A stretch of 64,000 nucleotides of DNA from Longimicrobiales bacterium (GTDB lineage Bacteria; Gemmatimonadota; Gemmatimonadetes; Longimicrobiales; Gaopeijiaceae): assembly GCA_963664435.2 (NCBI GenBank), contig CAXXKM010000002.1, forward strand, positions 1,024,001-1,088,000, in the 5' to 3' direction. Below the pieces are notes generated by a model that ran no database searches, was not told the origin of the DNA, and was given only the letters and a program-made list of their open reading frames with translations. Each line of letters opens with the position of its first letter. Positions within the stretch are counted from its first letter, which is position 1. A program made the position numbers and the translations under genes. This document shows positions 10,280 through 21,127 of the stretch, piece after piece.

Positions 10280-12591
10280 CCGCCGCGCGCCGGCCCCTTC
10301 CGGCGACCCCGGGACTTCCGGCGTTGCTGGCATGGGCGCTGATCGTGCCCCTGCCCGCTTCGGCTTCCGCGCTTCCCGTCCAGTCCGCGGCGCCTGCGCT
10401 TCAGGAGCCGAATGTGCAGGCAGCCGCGGTGCCACGCGCCGTGGCCCAGGCCACGAGGCTGCTCGAAGCCGGGGACACGACCGCAGCGCTTGGGCTGCTG
10501 CGCAGGGCGCGTGAGGAAGACGACCGGGATCCGCACATCGCCTTCGCCCTCGGCACGCTGCTGGCCCGCACCGCGTCGCTGGAGGAAACCGACTTCAGGC
10601 AGCGTTTGGAGGCGGAAGCGCTGCTGGACGAGGCCTACGAGGGGCTCCACGAGGACGCGGGCGTGCTGCTGGAGATGGCCCTCCTCAAGCGGCGCCAGTT
10701 CATGCGCGTGGACGCGCGCCGGATTCTCGAACGCACGGTAGGGTCCGAGAGCGGCCGCGCCGTCCAACCAGGGGTCCTGGCCCAGTCGCACTTTGTGCTG
10801 GCGCGCATCCTCACGGAGGAAATGGAGGACTTCGAGCACCTCGTCTTCCTGCCCGCCGGGTGGCGGCGGGACGGATCGCCGGGGACGGACGAGTACGCGG
10901 GATCGACGCGCTGCCCCGCCGGGGTCCAGGCCTTCTGCCTCAACTACACGGAACCCCGCACCTTCAACCGCCAACTGGCGGGCGCCGGCCGCGCCAGCGA
11001 CAGGGACGTGGACTACCCGCCGCGCATCGAAGCCCACTATCGAGCTGCTCTCTCGCATGTGCCCGACCACGCGCTGGCCGCCCGCGGACTGCTTGCGCTG
11101 CTCCACCGCCAGGGTCGCTTCGAGGACATGGCGACCGAAGCTCGGCGCCTGGTCGAGGTGAACCCCGAAGATCCCTACGCGCACATCTTCCTCGGGTTGG
11201 CGTCCTACGAGTCGCTGGACTGGATCGCCGCGCGCGACGCCTTCGACACCGGCCTCGCACTCATGCCCCCGGCGGAGCGGGCGCCCTACGACGACGTTTC
11301 CTACCTGCTTGACGAGGAAGACAGGGGCTCGTATGGAGAGCTCGAAGCGGAGGCAGCGCGGGAATACGAGCGCATCCTGTGGGCCAAGTCCGATCCGCTC
11401 TTCCTGATTCCGGAAAACGAGCGGGCGATGGAGCACGTCGCGCGCGTCACATACGCGGAGCTGGCCTTCGGGGATCCCGAGCGGCGCCTGCCGGGCTGGA
11501 GCAGCGACCGGGGTCAGGTCCTCATCCGCTACGGCCTTCCGGAGAACATCTGGATGCTGCGCCAGGACGGCGCCGGCGCGGGGCTCGGAGGCGCGGCCCA
11601 GCGAGCCGGAGCCAGCACCAACGGACGGTGGATCTTCTGGAACTATCGGCTCGAGGTGCCCAGCTTCGTGTTCCGCCGGGAGCTGGGGTACAACCGGGTG
11701 GACTTCGACTTCAATGCAAACACCGGGCAGTACCTGCGCCAAGTCAGCGAAACCGAGGCCACCACCACCTTCGAGAGCCGCGCGGTCAACCGCTGGACGG
11801 AGATACCCGCGCAGATCGCCCGCTTCCGGGGGGCGGCTCCCGGGCAGGTGGAGGTGCTGGCCTTCCTGCGCGCCGACCCGGACTCCTTCAATCTGTTCGA
11901 GGGCGACTCCGTGCGCGTCGGCATGTTCCTGTTCAACCGCAGCTATGAGGATTCCGCCAGCGTGGGGCACGCGGTCAAGGCCGACGACACGGGCAACGTC
12001 CTGTTCACCTTCGAGTTGCCCCGCGGCACCTTCGAGTACTCGCTCGAGGCGCTGGCGGCGGATTCCCGGGTGGCCGCGCGCAACCGGGGGACGATCACCG
12101 CCATCCCGGTACGGCGCGTGGGCCTGTCCACGTCCGACCTGGTCCTGGCCGGGGGTGTGGTGCCTCGTGTGGATCGCCCCGGCGGATGGCGCGACTTCGC
12201 CATCGGCGCGTCGCGCGACCTGGTCTTCGACGCGCACGACGACATCCACGTGTATCTGGAGATCTACGGTCTGACCACCGACTTCATGGGTTCGTCGGAG
12301 TACACCGTTGAGGTGACGCTGCAGGACGCGGAGCGGCGCAGTGTGGGTGCTCGCCTCCTGCGCTCGCTGGGCAACTTGATAGGTGGCGCGGAGGGGGACC
12401 TCGCCGTCCGTTTCGTGCGCAACGTCGAGCCCGTCGACGGGGTGGTGCCCGAGTACTTCTCCGTCTCCGCCGATGAAGCCGCGGAGGGGGCGCACCGGCT
12501 CATCATCTCCATCACCGACCGGACCACCGGCGCCTCCGTCCGCGTCGAGCGCGAGCTAACCATCCGCAGGCCGGAGGACGACCCCCGATAA
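10276..12591 (+). CDS. Exported GWxTD-domain protein with TPR-like repeats; start uncertain
   Basis: EHVARVTYA...PGWSSDRGQVLIRYGLPE; helical TPR-like N-half; signal-like TAARR...ASASA. The in-frame CTG at 10276 overlaps the upstream stop (TTG 10324 is an alternative). Confidence 0.8.
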   Translation: MTAARRPLPATPGLPALLAWALIVPLPASASALPVQSAAPALQEPNVQAAAVPRAVAQATRLLEAGDTTAALGLLRRAREEDDRDPHIAFALGTLLARTASLEETDFRQRLEAEALLDEAYEGLHEDAGVLLEMALLKRRQFMRVDARRILERTVGSESGRAVQPGVLAQSHFVLARILTEEMEDFEHLVFLPAGWRRDGSPGTDEYAGSTRCPAGVQAFCLNYTEPRTFNRQLAGAGRASDRDVDYPPRIEAHYRAALSHVPDHALAARGLLALLHRQGRFEDMATEARRLVEVNPEDPYAHIFLGLASYESLDWIAARDAFDTGLALMPPAERAPYDDVSYLLDEEDRGSYGELEAEAAREYERILWAKSDPLFLIPENERAMEHVARVTYAELAFGDPERRLPGWSSDRGQVLIRYGLPENIWMLRQDGAGAGLGGAAQRAGASTNGRWIFWNYRLEVPSFVFRRELGYNRVDFDFNANTGQYLRQVSETEATTTFESRAVNRWTEIPAQIARFRGAAPGQVEVLAFLRADPDSFNLFEGDSVRVGMFLFNRSYEDSASVGHAVKADDTGNVLFTFELPRGTFEYSLEALAADSRVAARNRGTITAIPVRRVGLSTSDLVLAGGVVPRVDRPGGWRDFAIGASRDLVFDAHDDIHVYLEIYGLTTDFMGSSEYTVEVTLQDAERRSVGARLLRSLGNLIGGAEGDLAVRFVRNVEPVDGVVPEYFSVSADEAAEGAHRLIISITDRTTGASVRVERELTIRRPEDDPR

Positions 12592-12800
12592 GGCGCCCCG
12601 TCCGGGCTGCCTCCTCCTCCCCCAGGCTTCGGGGGCGGTGCGACGGTAGCCCTGTGCAAAGGTCTTGCGTTCTTTCTAAGTTGGAAGATGGCTTGCGGCA
12701 ACTTCCCGGCCCGGGACGCCGCCTCGTCGGGCCGTGCTCTGTCAGGCCACACTACGGAAACCACTTCCGGTTCTGATTCGATCCAAACACAGGAAAAGCC

Positions 12801-12989
12801 ATGGCCATCTATCGCTCGCTGTACTACGGCGACGTTGTCGTGGGAGTTGGGGGCAGGATTACCATCCCTCAGGAGATGCGCGACTCGCTCGGCATCGTGG
12901 AGGGAGACATGCTGAGGGTGCGGGTGGAGGCTTCGAACGGGTCGCGTCAGCTGGTTGTGTGGCGCTCGGAGGACCAGCCGGAAGGCTGA
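12801..12989 (+). CDS. AbrB/MazE/SpoVT-family DNA-binding protein
   Basis: VGVGGRITIPQEMRDSLGIVEGDML signature; AGGA RBS. Confidence 0.85.
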   Translation: MAIYRSLYYGDVVVGVGGRITIPQEMRDSLGIVEGDMLRVRVEASNGSRQLVVWRSEDQPEG

Positions 12990-13009
12990 CGGGCGGGCAG
13001 CGGGAACGA

Positions 13010-14449
13010 TTACTCCACTTCCCAGTCGACCCAGCGCACGAGCGCCCGCAACGGGTCGTCGCCGTCGTGGTGCCACCAGGCAGGGGGCCACGGCATGCGG
13101 CGTAGCGAGGTGACCCGGCTGACGCCCACCCCTCCCAGCTGTTCGACCAGAGAAGGCGCCCGCCCGCCCGCGCCGCACAGCGCGGCGGTCTGCAGAAACG
13201 GGCGCAGCCCGGCCAGGAGGCCGGCAACCTGCTCCAGGTCGGGGACGGGCTTCACCCATACGAAGCGGCCCAGGCAGGACGGCGAGAAGGCCGGGTCGCG
13301 GTCGTAGACCACCGTCCATTCGAGGCCCGGCGGGCGGAAGACGCTCGCCCCGTCGCCCGCCGCCTGCTTCAGCTCCCAGGTTCCGCGCAGCTGCTGGAGC
13401 TGCGACGCGACCTCCGGCGGGGCGGGGCCGGCGGGGAGGTCCCGTTCGACCTCGGCCATCGCGGCGGCCAGGCGGGCGGCCCACCCGGCGGGGGTGATCT
13501 CGCCGCCTTCCTCCACCCAGAAGAGGTGAGGGGAGACGCAACCCCGCTGGTCGAAGGTGGCTGCGGCGCGCGCGGCATCCAGGGCGGTTCGCTCCGCCCG
13601 CCCGCCGGCGAGCGCCTCGCGGCCGACCAGGGCGACCCCGACCCGGTGGGCGTACGCCACCAGGGGGGTGGTCGCGGGAAGGTTGGCCCGCACGGCCTCC
13701 ACCGTGTCGCCGCCGCCGTACACCACCACCAGGCCGGCGCGGGCAAGCACCTCCGCCTCGACCGCGGCGGCGCCTCCCGGCCAGTAGAGCACGGCCACGG
13801 CGGCCGAGAGTTCCGGGTCGCAGTCGGCCAGGGCGCGGGCGTAGAGCACCGGAAGCACGGCGTCATGAAGGCCGGGTTTGAGCAGCACGGGGGAGCGGGC
13901 GAGGAGTGCCCGTGCCACGCCCCCTACCGACACGCCCGCCACGCTGCCTGCGCTCAGCTGCACGATCAATCGGCGGCCGAACGCCCGCACCCGTGACCCG
14001 CCGGGCCCCGGCCGGAAGCCGTCCAGCACGCCCGGATCGGCAAACTGGGCGCGCACCAGCCGGGTGAGGCGGTCGGCGGTCCAGTCGCGCGCCATTCCGT
14101 CCAGGACCTCCCGGGCCATGGCGGGGGAGAGCCCGGCGGCGGCGGGCAGCAGGTCGAGCGCCGCCTTGCGGAGCGGGTCGGCAGGGTCCAGAAAGCGCGA
14201 CCCGGCGCGACCCAGCGACGCCACCAGCGCGTCGGTGCGGCGCTCACGCAGGCAGGCGCCCGCTTCGGCGAGCCGGTCGCACACGCGGCGCGCGAACGCG
14301 GGGTCGGGGGTGGGGAAACGGAGGCGCAGGCTGTCACCTACGGATACGGTGGAGGTTTGCGCGCGCCCGACCACCGAAAGCGACGCGTCCAGGGACGGGC
14401 CGTCGCCCGGCAGCCCGGGCGGCAGCCACCAGGCCGGGAAGGTCCTCAT
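13010..14449 (-). CDS. Acyl-CoA reductase, LuxC family
   Basis: ALDH-like fold with VLLKPG, VYGGGDTV, DQRGCVSPH (catalytic Cys) and WHHDG. ATG overlaps the stop of the luxE-like gene. Confidence 0.85.
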   Translation of the reverse strand: MRTFPAWWLPPGLPGDGPSLDASLSVVGRAQTSTVSVGDSLRLRFPTPDPAFARRVCDRLAEAGACLRERRTDALVASLGRAGSRFLDPADPLRKAALDLLPAAAGLSPAMAREVLDGMARDWTADRLTRLVRAQFADPGVLDGFRPGPGGSRVRAFGRRLIVQLSAGSVAGVSVGGVARALLARSPVLLKPGLHDAVLPVLYARALADCDPELSAAVAVLYWPGGAAAVEAEVLARAGLVVVYGGGDTVEAVRANLPATTPLVAYAHRVGVALVGREALAGGRAERTALDAARAAATFDQRGCVSPHLFWVEEGGEITPAGWAARLAAAMAEVERDLPAGPAPPEVASQLQQLRGTWELKQAAGDGASVFRPPGLEWTVVYDRDPAFSPSCLGRFVWVKPVPDLEQVAGLLAGLRPFLQTAALCGAGGRAPSLVEQLGGVGVSRVTSLRRMPWPPAWWHHDGDDPLRALVRWVDWEVE

Positions 14450-15552
14450 CGCGCCGGGCCGCGAACGGCGGTCATGAGATCGTCCATTGCCAGCGAACAC
14501 CCGCGCGGTTCCGCTCCGGGATTCCGGCCCAGCACGCGGAAGCCGTTTCCTTCCGCCTCCGGAGGCTCTACGCCCCGGTCCTCGGTGAGCAGGCAGCACA
14601 CCGATCCCGCGTTCGCGAGGTCGAAGTGGCACAGCAGGCCCTCGCGCCCGGGCGGAAGCGCTTCGAGCGTCGCCGGGTCGAGCACGCGCGTGCGCACCCA
14701 CGGCGGCGGACGGTGCAGGCGCGTTCCCTCCGTGAGCACGGGCTCGTAGAACTGTGAGAGCAGTTCCGTCATGCCGTATTCGTTCACGATCCGGCGCGGC
14801 GGAATGCCGAGTCGACCGTGGATGGCCTCGTAGAGTTCCTCACGGGGCACGGCGCGGCTACGTCCCTTGAATCCTCCCGTCTCCATCACCCTCGAGCCGG
14901 CCGGCAGCCGGAAGCTGATCCCGTCCGCGGCCAGGCTGTCAAGCAGGTGTACGAACGCAAAGGCGGTCCCGACCACCAGGACCGGATCACCGGCGTTCTC
15001 CGCGTCGCGAAAAGCGGATCGCAGCCCGCGCTCGTCCATTCTGCCGTCCCCTCCCACGAAATAGCCGGTGTCGGGCGCAAGCTCGTCTTCCACGACGCCG
15101 ATCATGTGGCTGAGCGAAGAATCCGGAACCTCGCGGGGAGGCGGGATGAGCGAGACCATGGGCAGGCGCGCGCCGTCGGGAAGCAGATGCGCCTCGAAGT
15201 TGGGGAGCAGCGAGGCGTGGTAGAGCGACAGGTCGGGGACGCGGTGTTCTCCGCGGACCGTCCCGCCGCCCGTGGTGCCGCTGGTTCGAAAGATCGCCTC
15301 GCAGGGCCCCCGGGAGACGAGGCCGCGCTCCCGGAACGCGCGCGCGGGCACGGGAGGGAGCGCGCGCCACGAAGACCATGAGCCCGGCTGGACTCCGCGC
15401 GCCGCGCAGAAGCGGGCGAATACCGGGTTGGTTTGCCACTGGTGCTCGGAGACCCGGCGCGCGAGATCGTCGAAGCCCGCGTCGGGCAGGGGCGTCGCCA
15501 CCCCCGCTCCCATGACGGCGATCAGGTCATCGCGGAGCCGCTGGTCGTTCAT
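14446..15552 (-). CDS. Acyl-protein synthetase, LuxE family
   Basis: FRTSGTTG, METGGFKGR, NEYGMTELLSQFY, DLAN, LTED and GR..AEPRGCS motifs. Confidence 0.9.
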   Translation of the reverse strand: MNDQRLRDDLIAVMGAGVATPLPDAGFDDLARRVSEHQWQTNPVFARFCAARGVQPGSWSSWRALPPVPARAFRERGLVSRGPCEAIFRTSGTTGGGTVRGEHRVPDLSLYHASLLPNFEAHLLPDGARLPMVSLIPPPREVPDSSLSHMIGVVEDELAPDTGYFVGGDGRMDERGLRSAFRDAENAGDPVLVVGTAFAFVHLLDSLAADGISFRLPAGSRVMETGGFKGRSRAVPREELYEAIHGRLGIPPRRIVNEYGMTELLSQFYEPVLTEGTRLHRPPPWVRTRVLDPATLEALPPGREGLLCHFDLANAGSVCCLLTEDRGVEPPEAEGNGFRVLGRNPGAEPRGCSLAMDDLMTAVRGPAR

Positions 15553-15821
15553 CCATCCCGGGCGGAGGCACGTCGAACCCGTCCGGGCTCAAGCCCTCCC
15601 GCCGCCAGGATCTTGTGCTGGAGCCGGCGGGATTCCTCGTTCACGAATTCCACCACCTGATCGATCCGTCCGCGAGCTTCTCCGTAGGCGTGCGCCGGGA
15701 AGTCGTCACCCTCGACTCCGGCGAGCGCCCCTTCCAGCGCGTCAATCTCCCGGCGCGCCTTCTCCAGCGCCCTGCGCAGTCGATTCGCGGCTCTGCGCGC
15801 CTCGGCTTCGGCCTGTGCCAT
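15549..15821 (-). CDS. Small helical hypothetical protein
   Basis: GGAG RBS before ATG 15821; stop overlaps the luxE-like start (ATGA). Confidence 0.7.
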   Translation of the reverse strand: MAQAEAEARRAANRLRRALEKARREIDALEGALAGVEGDDFPAHAYGEARGRIDQVVEFVNEESRRLQHKILAAGGLEPGRVRRASARDG

Positions 15822-15966
15822 CTTCGACGCTCCCTGAGGATGTGCAAAGTGCTCCAACGGTACGCTCCAGCTGCAGCGGCGTTCCCGCGCCGGGGGTCCA
15901 TCCCCGGGGGTCCGTCCCGAGGGGAGTCGGTTTCGCCTGCGTCCCCGGAATCGGCCGGACGTCCGC

Positions 15967-15988
15967 CTCTGAAGTTATAAGTTCAGAG
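15967..15988. promoter_or_regulatory. 22-bp AT-rich palindrome, putative operator
   Basis: CTCTGAAgTTATAAgTTCAGAG (10 of 11 pairs), in the divergent intergenic region. Confidence 0.55.
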
Positions 15989-16073
15989 CGTAGATGTTTC
16001 CCGGGTCGGCGCCGCATTAACCGACGACGCAAGGAAGATGTCCGATATCAGAGCGCTTTCCGCCGGAGGCGGG

Positions 16074-17075
16074 ATGGCCAGCGAAGGCGAAACCGTCGAC
16101 CTGGCGATAGTGGGTGCGGGCCCCTGTGGCCTGGCGGCGGCAAGCGCGGCCAGGGTCGGAGGGGTTTCGGCGACCGTCTTCGACCGCGGGTTCATCACCG
16201 AATCGATCATCCACTATCCGCCCTACATGACCTTCTTCTCCACGGCGGAGAAGCTGGAGATCGAGGATGTGCCCTTCATTCTGGCGTCCGGCAAGCCGTC
16301 GCGCCGCGATGCGCTCGTCTACTACCGGCGCGTCGTGCGGCATTTCGGGCTGGACGTGCGCCAGCACGAGGAAGTCGTCGCCATCGAGGGCCGCAAGGGT
16401 GACTTCCTGCTGCGCACGCGCCGCCGTGACGGCACCGGCGCATGCCACCGCGCCCGCGCCGTGGTGATCGCCACCGGAAGCTTCCACGAGCCCAACTACC
16501 TGGACGTTCCCGGGGAGGACCTGCCCAAGGTGCACCACTACTACAGGGAGCCCGATCCCTACTACGACCAGGACGTTCTCGTGGTGGGAGGGCGCAACTC
16601 CGCAGTGGAGGCCGCGCTGGAACTCTTCCGGGCCCATGCGCGGGTCACCCTGGTCCACATCTTCGACGGCATCGACGATGGCGTGAAGCCGTGGGTGGTT
16701 CCCGACATCACCAACCGGATCAAGTTCGGGGAGATCGCCACCCACTTCACGACGCGGGTGGCGGAGATCCGGCAACGCAGTGTCGTACTGGAGCATCTGG
16801 AGACGGGCGAGATCACCGAGCTCGCCAACGACTGGGTCTTCGCAATGACCGGCTGGCGGGCTTCACCGCGGCTTCTGGAGAGCGTCGGCGTCGGAATCGA
16901 TGAGGAGACCGGCATTCCCGGCCACGACCGTACCACCATGGAGACGAACACCCCCGGCATCTACATCGCGGGCGTGCTCGCCGCGGGCCACGACGCCAAC
17001 AAGATCTTCATCGAGAACGGGCGCTTCCACGGCGGCCTGATCGTGGAACACTTCAAGGCTTCGCGAGACGGCTGA
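16074..17075 (+). CDS. ypdA: YpdA-family putative bacillithiol disulfide reductase
   Basis: GAGPCG, YPPYMTFFST, GGRNSAVEAA, VKPWV and IFIENGRFH motifs. Confidence 0.85.
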   Translation: MASEGETVDLAIVGAGPCGLAAASAARVGGVSATVFDRGFITESIIHYPPYMTFFSTAEKLEIEDVPFILASGKPSRRDALVYYRRVVRHFGLDVRQHEEVVAIEGRKGDFLLRTRRRDGTGACHRARAVVIATGSFHEPNYLDVPGEDLPKVHHYYREPDPYYDQDVLVVGGRNSAVEAALELFRAHARVTLVHIFDGIDDGVKPWVVPDITNRIKFGEIATHFTTRVAEIRQRSVVLEHLETGEITELANDWVFAMTGWRASPRLLESVGVGIDEETGIPGHDRTTMETNTPGIYIAGVLAAGHDANKIFIENGRFHGGLIVEHFKASRDG

Positions 17076-17096
17076 CCGCTGTCGCGGGACCCGCCC

Positions 17097-18197
17097 TCAG
17101 CTCAGATCGCCCGGCTGAAGCTCCCAGCCGCCTTCCCCGACCACCCGCACCGCCACCGGCGCCCCGTCCGGGGCTCCCAGCCGAAGTTCGGCGGGGGGAT
17201 TGACCTCCCGGCGCACGAACCCCAGCGCGATAGTCTGCCCGAAGGCGGGCGACATGGCGGCGCTGGTGATGTGCCCGACCGGTTTGGCGCGCGCTCCCGT
17301 GTACAGGGGTGTCTCGCGCCCAGGGGTGGCGGCATTGCCGAGCAGCAGGCCGCGCAGGTGTCGGTTGACGTGGCCGCGGTCGCGGATGCGGACGATCACT
17401 TCCTGCCCCGTGTAGCAGCCCTTGCCGTGGTCGATGGCGCGCTCGTCGATGCCCGCTTCGGTGGGGATGGTGCGGTCGTCCATGTCCAGGCCGAACTCGG
17501 GCCGGCCCGCCTCGATGCGCAGCGTCTCGAAGACGCCCATGCCGGTCGGCGCCGCGCCCAGGCGAACCAGCTCCCTGGCCAGCCGTCCGAGCGGGGCGCG
17601 GGCGCCCAGGATGTCGAAGGCGGGCAGCCGGACCTCGCCCGAACGCGCGACCAGGAGGCCGTCCGGAACCGGTCCGGTGAGCAGGCAGCCGTCTTCCTCG
17701 AGGGCGGACAGTGCGTCGGGGACGATCCCGAGGGCGGTCTCGAGCAGGCCGGCCCCGGCCGGGCCGACGACAGTGAGCGTGGCGGTCGCGCCGGTGACGT
17801 CGTCGACGAAGGCGAACCGGGGCGGCAGGAACTTGCGCAGATGGGCGACGAGGGGTGCATGGCCGGCGGCCGGCAGGTGCAGCCAGAGGCCGTGGCGGTC
17901 CTCGCGCGGGCCCCGCCAGGCGACGACCAGGTCCGTGACCATGCGTCCCTTGGGGATGAGCACGGCACTGTAGGACGTACGCCCCGCGAGCAGCCCGGAG
18001 GAGGTCGGCTCGGGGGGTGGCGGGACGCTGGCGGTGATCACTCCGCCGAGCATGCGCACCGGCGCCCGGCCCGAGACCGCCAGCCGGCCGCGGTGCGAGC
18101 GATCGAGGACGGCCGCGGAGCCCACCGCGGCGCGGTACTCCAGGTCGGGCCGTCCGAAGTGACGGGCCGCCGGCCGCCCGTGGTGCCGACCCATCAC
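17097..18197 (-). CDS. ygfZ: Folate-binding YgfZ/GcvT-family protein
   Basis: LRIEAGRP and KGCYTGQE signature. Confidence 0.88.
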   Translation of the reverse strand: MMGRHHGRPAARHFGRPDLEYRAAVGSAAVLDRSHRGRLAVSGRAPVRMLGGVITASVPPPPEPTSSGLLAGRTSYSAVLIPKGRMVTDLVVAWRGPREDRHGLWLHLPAAGHAPLVAHLRKFLPPRFAFVDDVTGATATLTVVGPAGAGLLETALGIVPDALSALEEDGCLLTGPVPDGLLVARSGEVRLPAFDILGARAPLGRLARELVRLGAAPTGMGVFETLRIEAGRPEFGLDMDDRTIPTEAGIDERAIDHGKGCYTGQEVIVRIRDRGHVNRHLRGLLLGNAATPGRETPLYTGARAKPVGHITSAAMSPAFGQTIALGFVRREVNPPAELRLGAPDGAPVAVRVVGEGGWELQPGDLS

Positions 18198-18229
18198 GGC
18201 GCCGGGCGCGACCTCCAGGGTCTGCGTGG

Positions 18230-20767
18230 TCAGTGCGTCGCGACCTCGGGCGCGGAGGAGGAGCCGCCGGAAGCGAGCAGGGCCATCGGGTCCGCGGTCT
18301 CGACCGGATCCGCTTCGGGCGCCAGCCCGCCCGCGAACGCCACCCGGGCGACGTCGTCGAGACCGGAAACCAGGTGCAGAACCAGGTCGGCGCGCACCTC
18401 GTCGGAGAGGTCTTCGAGGTCGGCATGGTTGTCGGCGGGGAGAACGATCTCCTGGATGCCGGCGCGAACGGCGCCCAGGATTTTCTCCTTAAGGCCGCCG
18501 ATGGGGAGAACCCTTCCCGTCAGCGTCAGCTCGCCGGTCATGGCCACGTCGCGCCTCACCGGACGTCCCGACAGCGCCGAGATCAGGGCGGTCGCCATCG
18601 TGATCCCGGCCGAGGGGCCGTCCTTCGGCACGGCGCCCGCGGGCACGTGGATGTGCACTTCCTTGTCCAGCACATCCTCGACCGCCATACCGAGGCTCTG
18701 GTGATGGCTGCGGGCATAGGTAAGCGCCGCCCGCCCCGATTCCTTCATCACGTCGCCCAGCTGCCCGGTGAGCACCAGCTTCCCGTCCCCTGGCATGACG
18801 CTGGCCTCCACGAACATGATGTCGCCGCCGGTGGGCGTGTAGAACATTCCGGTGGCCACGCCCACCCGGTCCTCCTCCGCCATCACCTCGGGGTGCACCC
18901 TCGGGCGGCCCAGAAGTTCGCGTACAACGTCCTGGTCCACGACCATCTGCTCGCATCCGCCGCCGGCGATCCTGCGCGCGACCTTGCGCGCCAGCTTTCC
19001 GATCTCACGCTCCAGCTGGCGGACGCCCGCCTCGCGCGTGTACTCGCTGATCACGTTCAGGATCGCCTCGTCGCCGAGCTCCATCTCCTCGTCGCGCAGA
19101 CCGTTCTCCTCCAGCTGCCTGGGCAGCAGGTAACGCCTGGCGATCTCCAGCTTTTCCTGCTCGGTGTATCCGCTGAAGTCGACCCGCTCCATGCGGTCGA
19201 GCAGCGGGGGCGGAATGCGGTCCCAGTAGTTCGCGGTCGCGACGAACAGCACCTCCGACAGATCGAAGGGGATCCCCAGGTAATGGTCGGTGAAGGTCCA
19301 GTTCTGGGCCCGGTCCAGCACTTCGAGCAAAGCCGCGCTGGGATCCCCCTGGAAGGAGACCCCGAGCTTGTCGACTTCGTCGAGCAGGAACACGGGGTTC
19401 TTCGACTTCACCTGACGCATTCCCTGGATGATCCGGCCCGGCATGGCGCCCACGTACGTCCGCCGATGGCCCCGGATATCCGCTTCGTCGCGCGCGCCGC
19501 CCAGCGAGATGCGCACATACTTGCGCCCGATCGCGCGGGCGATGGACTGAGCGATGCTGGTCTTGCCGACGCCGGGCGGGCCCACGAAGAGCAGAATGGG
19601 CCCCTGGCCGCTCGCGGGCGGCGACGTGTCGGCGGGCTCGTCCTCCGTCCGGGAGCCGTTCCGGGCGGCGTCGGCTTCCTGCAGAGCGTCCTCCTCCTGA
19701 GCGGCGTCGTCCTCCGCTTCCGCCTCGTCCGGAGCCCGCTCCGCCTGCAGCTTGCGCACGGCGAGGAACTCGAGGATGCGATCCTTTACATCCTCCAGCC
19801 CGTAGTGGTCTTCTGCGAGCACGTCCGCTGCCGCTCCCAGGTCGATCTTGTCCTCGGTGCGATCGTCCCAGGGCAGTTCCGTGATCCACTCGAGGTAGGT
19901 CCGGATGACCTGGTATTCCGCCGACTGGGGATTCGTCCTCCCCAGGCGCTTGAGCTCCCGCTGGACCTCGGCGCGAGCATCGTCGTTGAGCCGCAGCGCC
20001 GCGATTCGCTCGCGCAGATCGTCGACCTCGGCCTTTTCGTCCTCGTCGCCCAGCTCGCGCCGGATCTGCTTCATCTGCTCGCGAAGGAGCATTTCGCGCT
20101 GGCGCTCCCCCAGTTCCTCCTGCACCCGCGCCTGGATTTCCTCCTGCGCGCTTAGCCGCACCAGTTCGCGCTCCACCGCGACAAGCGCCTGGCGCATGCG
20201 GTCCTCGTCGTCGAGCACCTCCAGCAGCCGCTGCTTCTCCGCGGTCTGCAGGTCCAGGTAGAAGGCCACCAGATCCGCGAACGCGCCCGGTTCGTCCACG
20301 CCCTGGATGAGCTGATTGAGGGACTCGGCCGGGACGCCGCGCCGGGTTCCCAGCCCGGCAGCACGGTCGCGCAGTTCGCGGTCCAGGGCCCGGAAGGCCG
20401 GGTCCTTCTCGCTGCGCGGCGGGATTCTCTCCAGGTCCATGACGACGGCGGCGAGCATCGTCTTGCCGCGCTTCTCGTAGGAGAGCACCTGCGCGCGCCT
20501 TTCCCCCTGCACGAGCAGCTGGATCCCGGCCCGCACGCGGTGGGTCTGAATGACGCGCACCACCGTCCCCATTTCGTACAGCCCCTCGGAGGTCGGCTTG
20601 TCCACGTTCTCCCGCTGGGCCACCGCAAGCAGCTTGCGGTCTCCCTCGAGGGCGGCCTGCACGGCCTCTATGGTGCCGGGTCGACCGGCCGAGATGGGCA
20701 CCGCCACGCCCGGGTACACCACCGTGTCCCGCAGCGGAAGGACGGGTAGCCTGTAACGTTCGCCCAC
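18230..20767 (-). CDS. lon: ATP-dependent Lon protease
   Basis: LPVLPLRD N-domain, [22 protein letters not shown] (Ser) and GGLKEK (Lys). Confidence 0.97.
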   Translation of the reverse strand: MGERYRLPVLPLRDTVVYPGVAVPISAGRPGTIEAVQAALEGDRKLLAVAQRENVDKPTSEGLYEMGTVVRVIQTHRVRAGIQLLVQGERRAQVLSYEKRGKTMLAAVVMDLERIPPRSEKDPAFRALDRELRDRAAGLGTRRGVPAESLNQLIQGVDEPGAFADLVAFYLDLQTAEKQRLLEVLDDEDRMRQALVAVERELVRLSAQEEIQARVQEELGERQREMLLREQMKQIRRELGDEDEKAEVDDLRERIAALRLNDDARAEVQRELKRLGRTNPQSAEYQVIRTYLEWITELPWDDRTEDKIDLGAAADVLAEDHYGLEDVKDRILEFLAVRKLQAERAPDEAEAEDDAAQEEDALQEADAARNGSRTEDEPADTSPPASGQGPILLFVGPPGVGKTSIAQSIARAIGRKYVRISLGGARDEADIRGHRRTYVGAMPGRIIQGMRQVKSKNPVFLLDEVDKLGVSFQGDPSAALLEVLDRAQNWTFTDHYLGIPFDLSEVLFVATANYWDRIPPPLLDRMERVDFSGYTEQEKLEIARRYLLPRQLEENGLRDEEMELGDEAILNVISEYTREAGVRQLEREIGKLARKVARRIAGGGCEQMVVDQDVVRELLGRPRVHPEVMAEEDRVGVATGMFYTPTGGDIMFVEASVMPGDGKLVLTGQLGDVMKESGRAALTYARSHHQSLGMAVEDVLDKEVHIHVPAGAVPKDGPSAGITMATALISALSGRPVRRDVAMTGELTLTGRVLPIGGLKEKILGAVRAGIQEIVLPADNHADLEDLSDEVRADLVLHLVSGLDDVARVAFAGGLAPEADPVETADPMALLASGGSSSAPEVATH

Positions 20768-20855
20768 GGATCCGACTCCTTATCGTTTACCTGTCGAGAC
20801 GGGGTCGTCTGCCCCGCGAAGCCGGCCGTACGGGCGACCCGCGACGCGAATGTCC

Positions 20856-20996
20856 TGTCAGAAAGGCAGATCGCCCCGACTTCCAGGCGGTTTGCTCGCC
20901 TGCCATGTCAGACGAAATGCACGGTGTCGGGCCCAGATGCACGAATCGGGCCTGACATAATGGCCGACTCCGCGTGCCGAGACTGCCATTTTGGCA
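20856..20996. promoter_or_regulatory. Three TGNCA-N3-(T)GGC(A) palindromic boxes and a sigma54-like -24/-12 element upstream of lon
   Basis: TGTCAgaaAGGCA 20856-20868, TGACAtaaTGGCC 20953-20965 and TGCCAtttTGGCA 20984-20996. Minus strand AGGCCCGATTCGTGCA (GG-N10-GC) at 20953-20938. Confidence 0.45.
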
Positions 20997-21127
20997 GACC
21001 GGGCCGCCGGGGGGAGGCTGGCAGGCTCCGTTCGCTCCCTCTAGCTTGGCGCGGCACGCGCGTTTGCGCCAGCCGAACCACGCCCGGGAGCGCCCATGCG
21101 CCCACATTCAAACCGGAACGGGCGGCC

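Noticed and set aside
13010..15552. Bioluminescence operon
   Set aside because: No luxA, luxB, luxD or luxG in the window.
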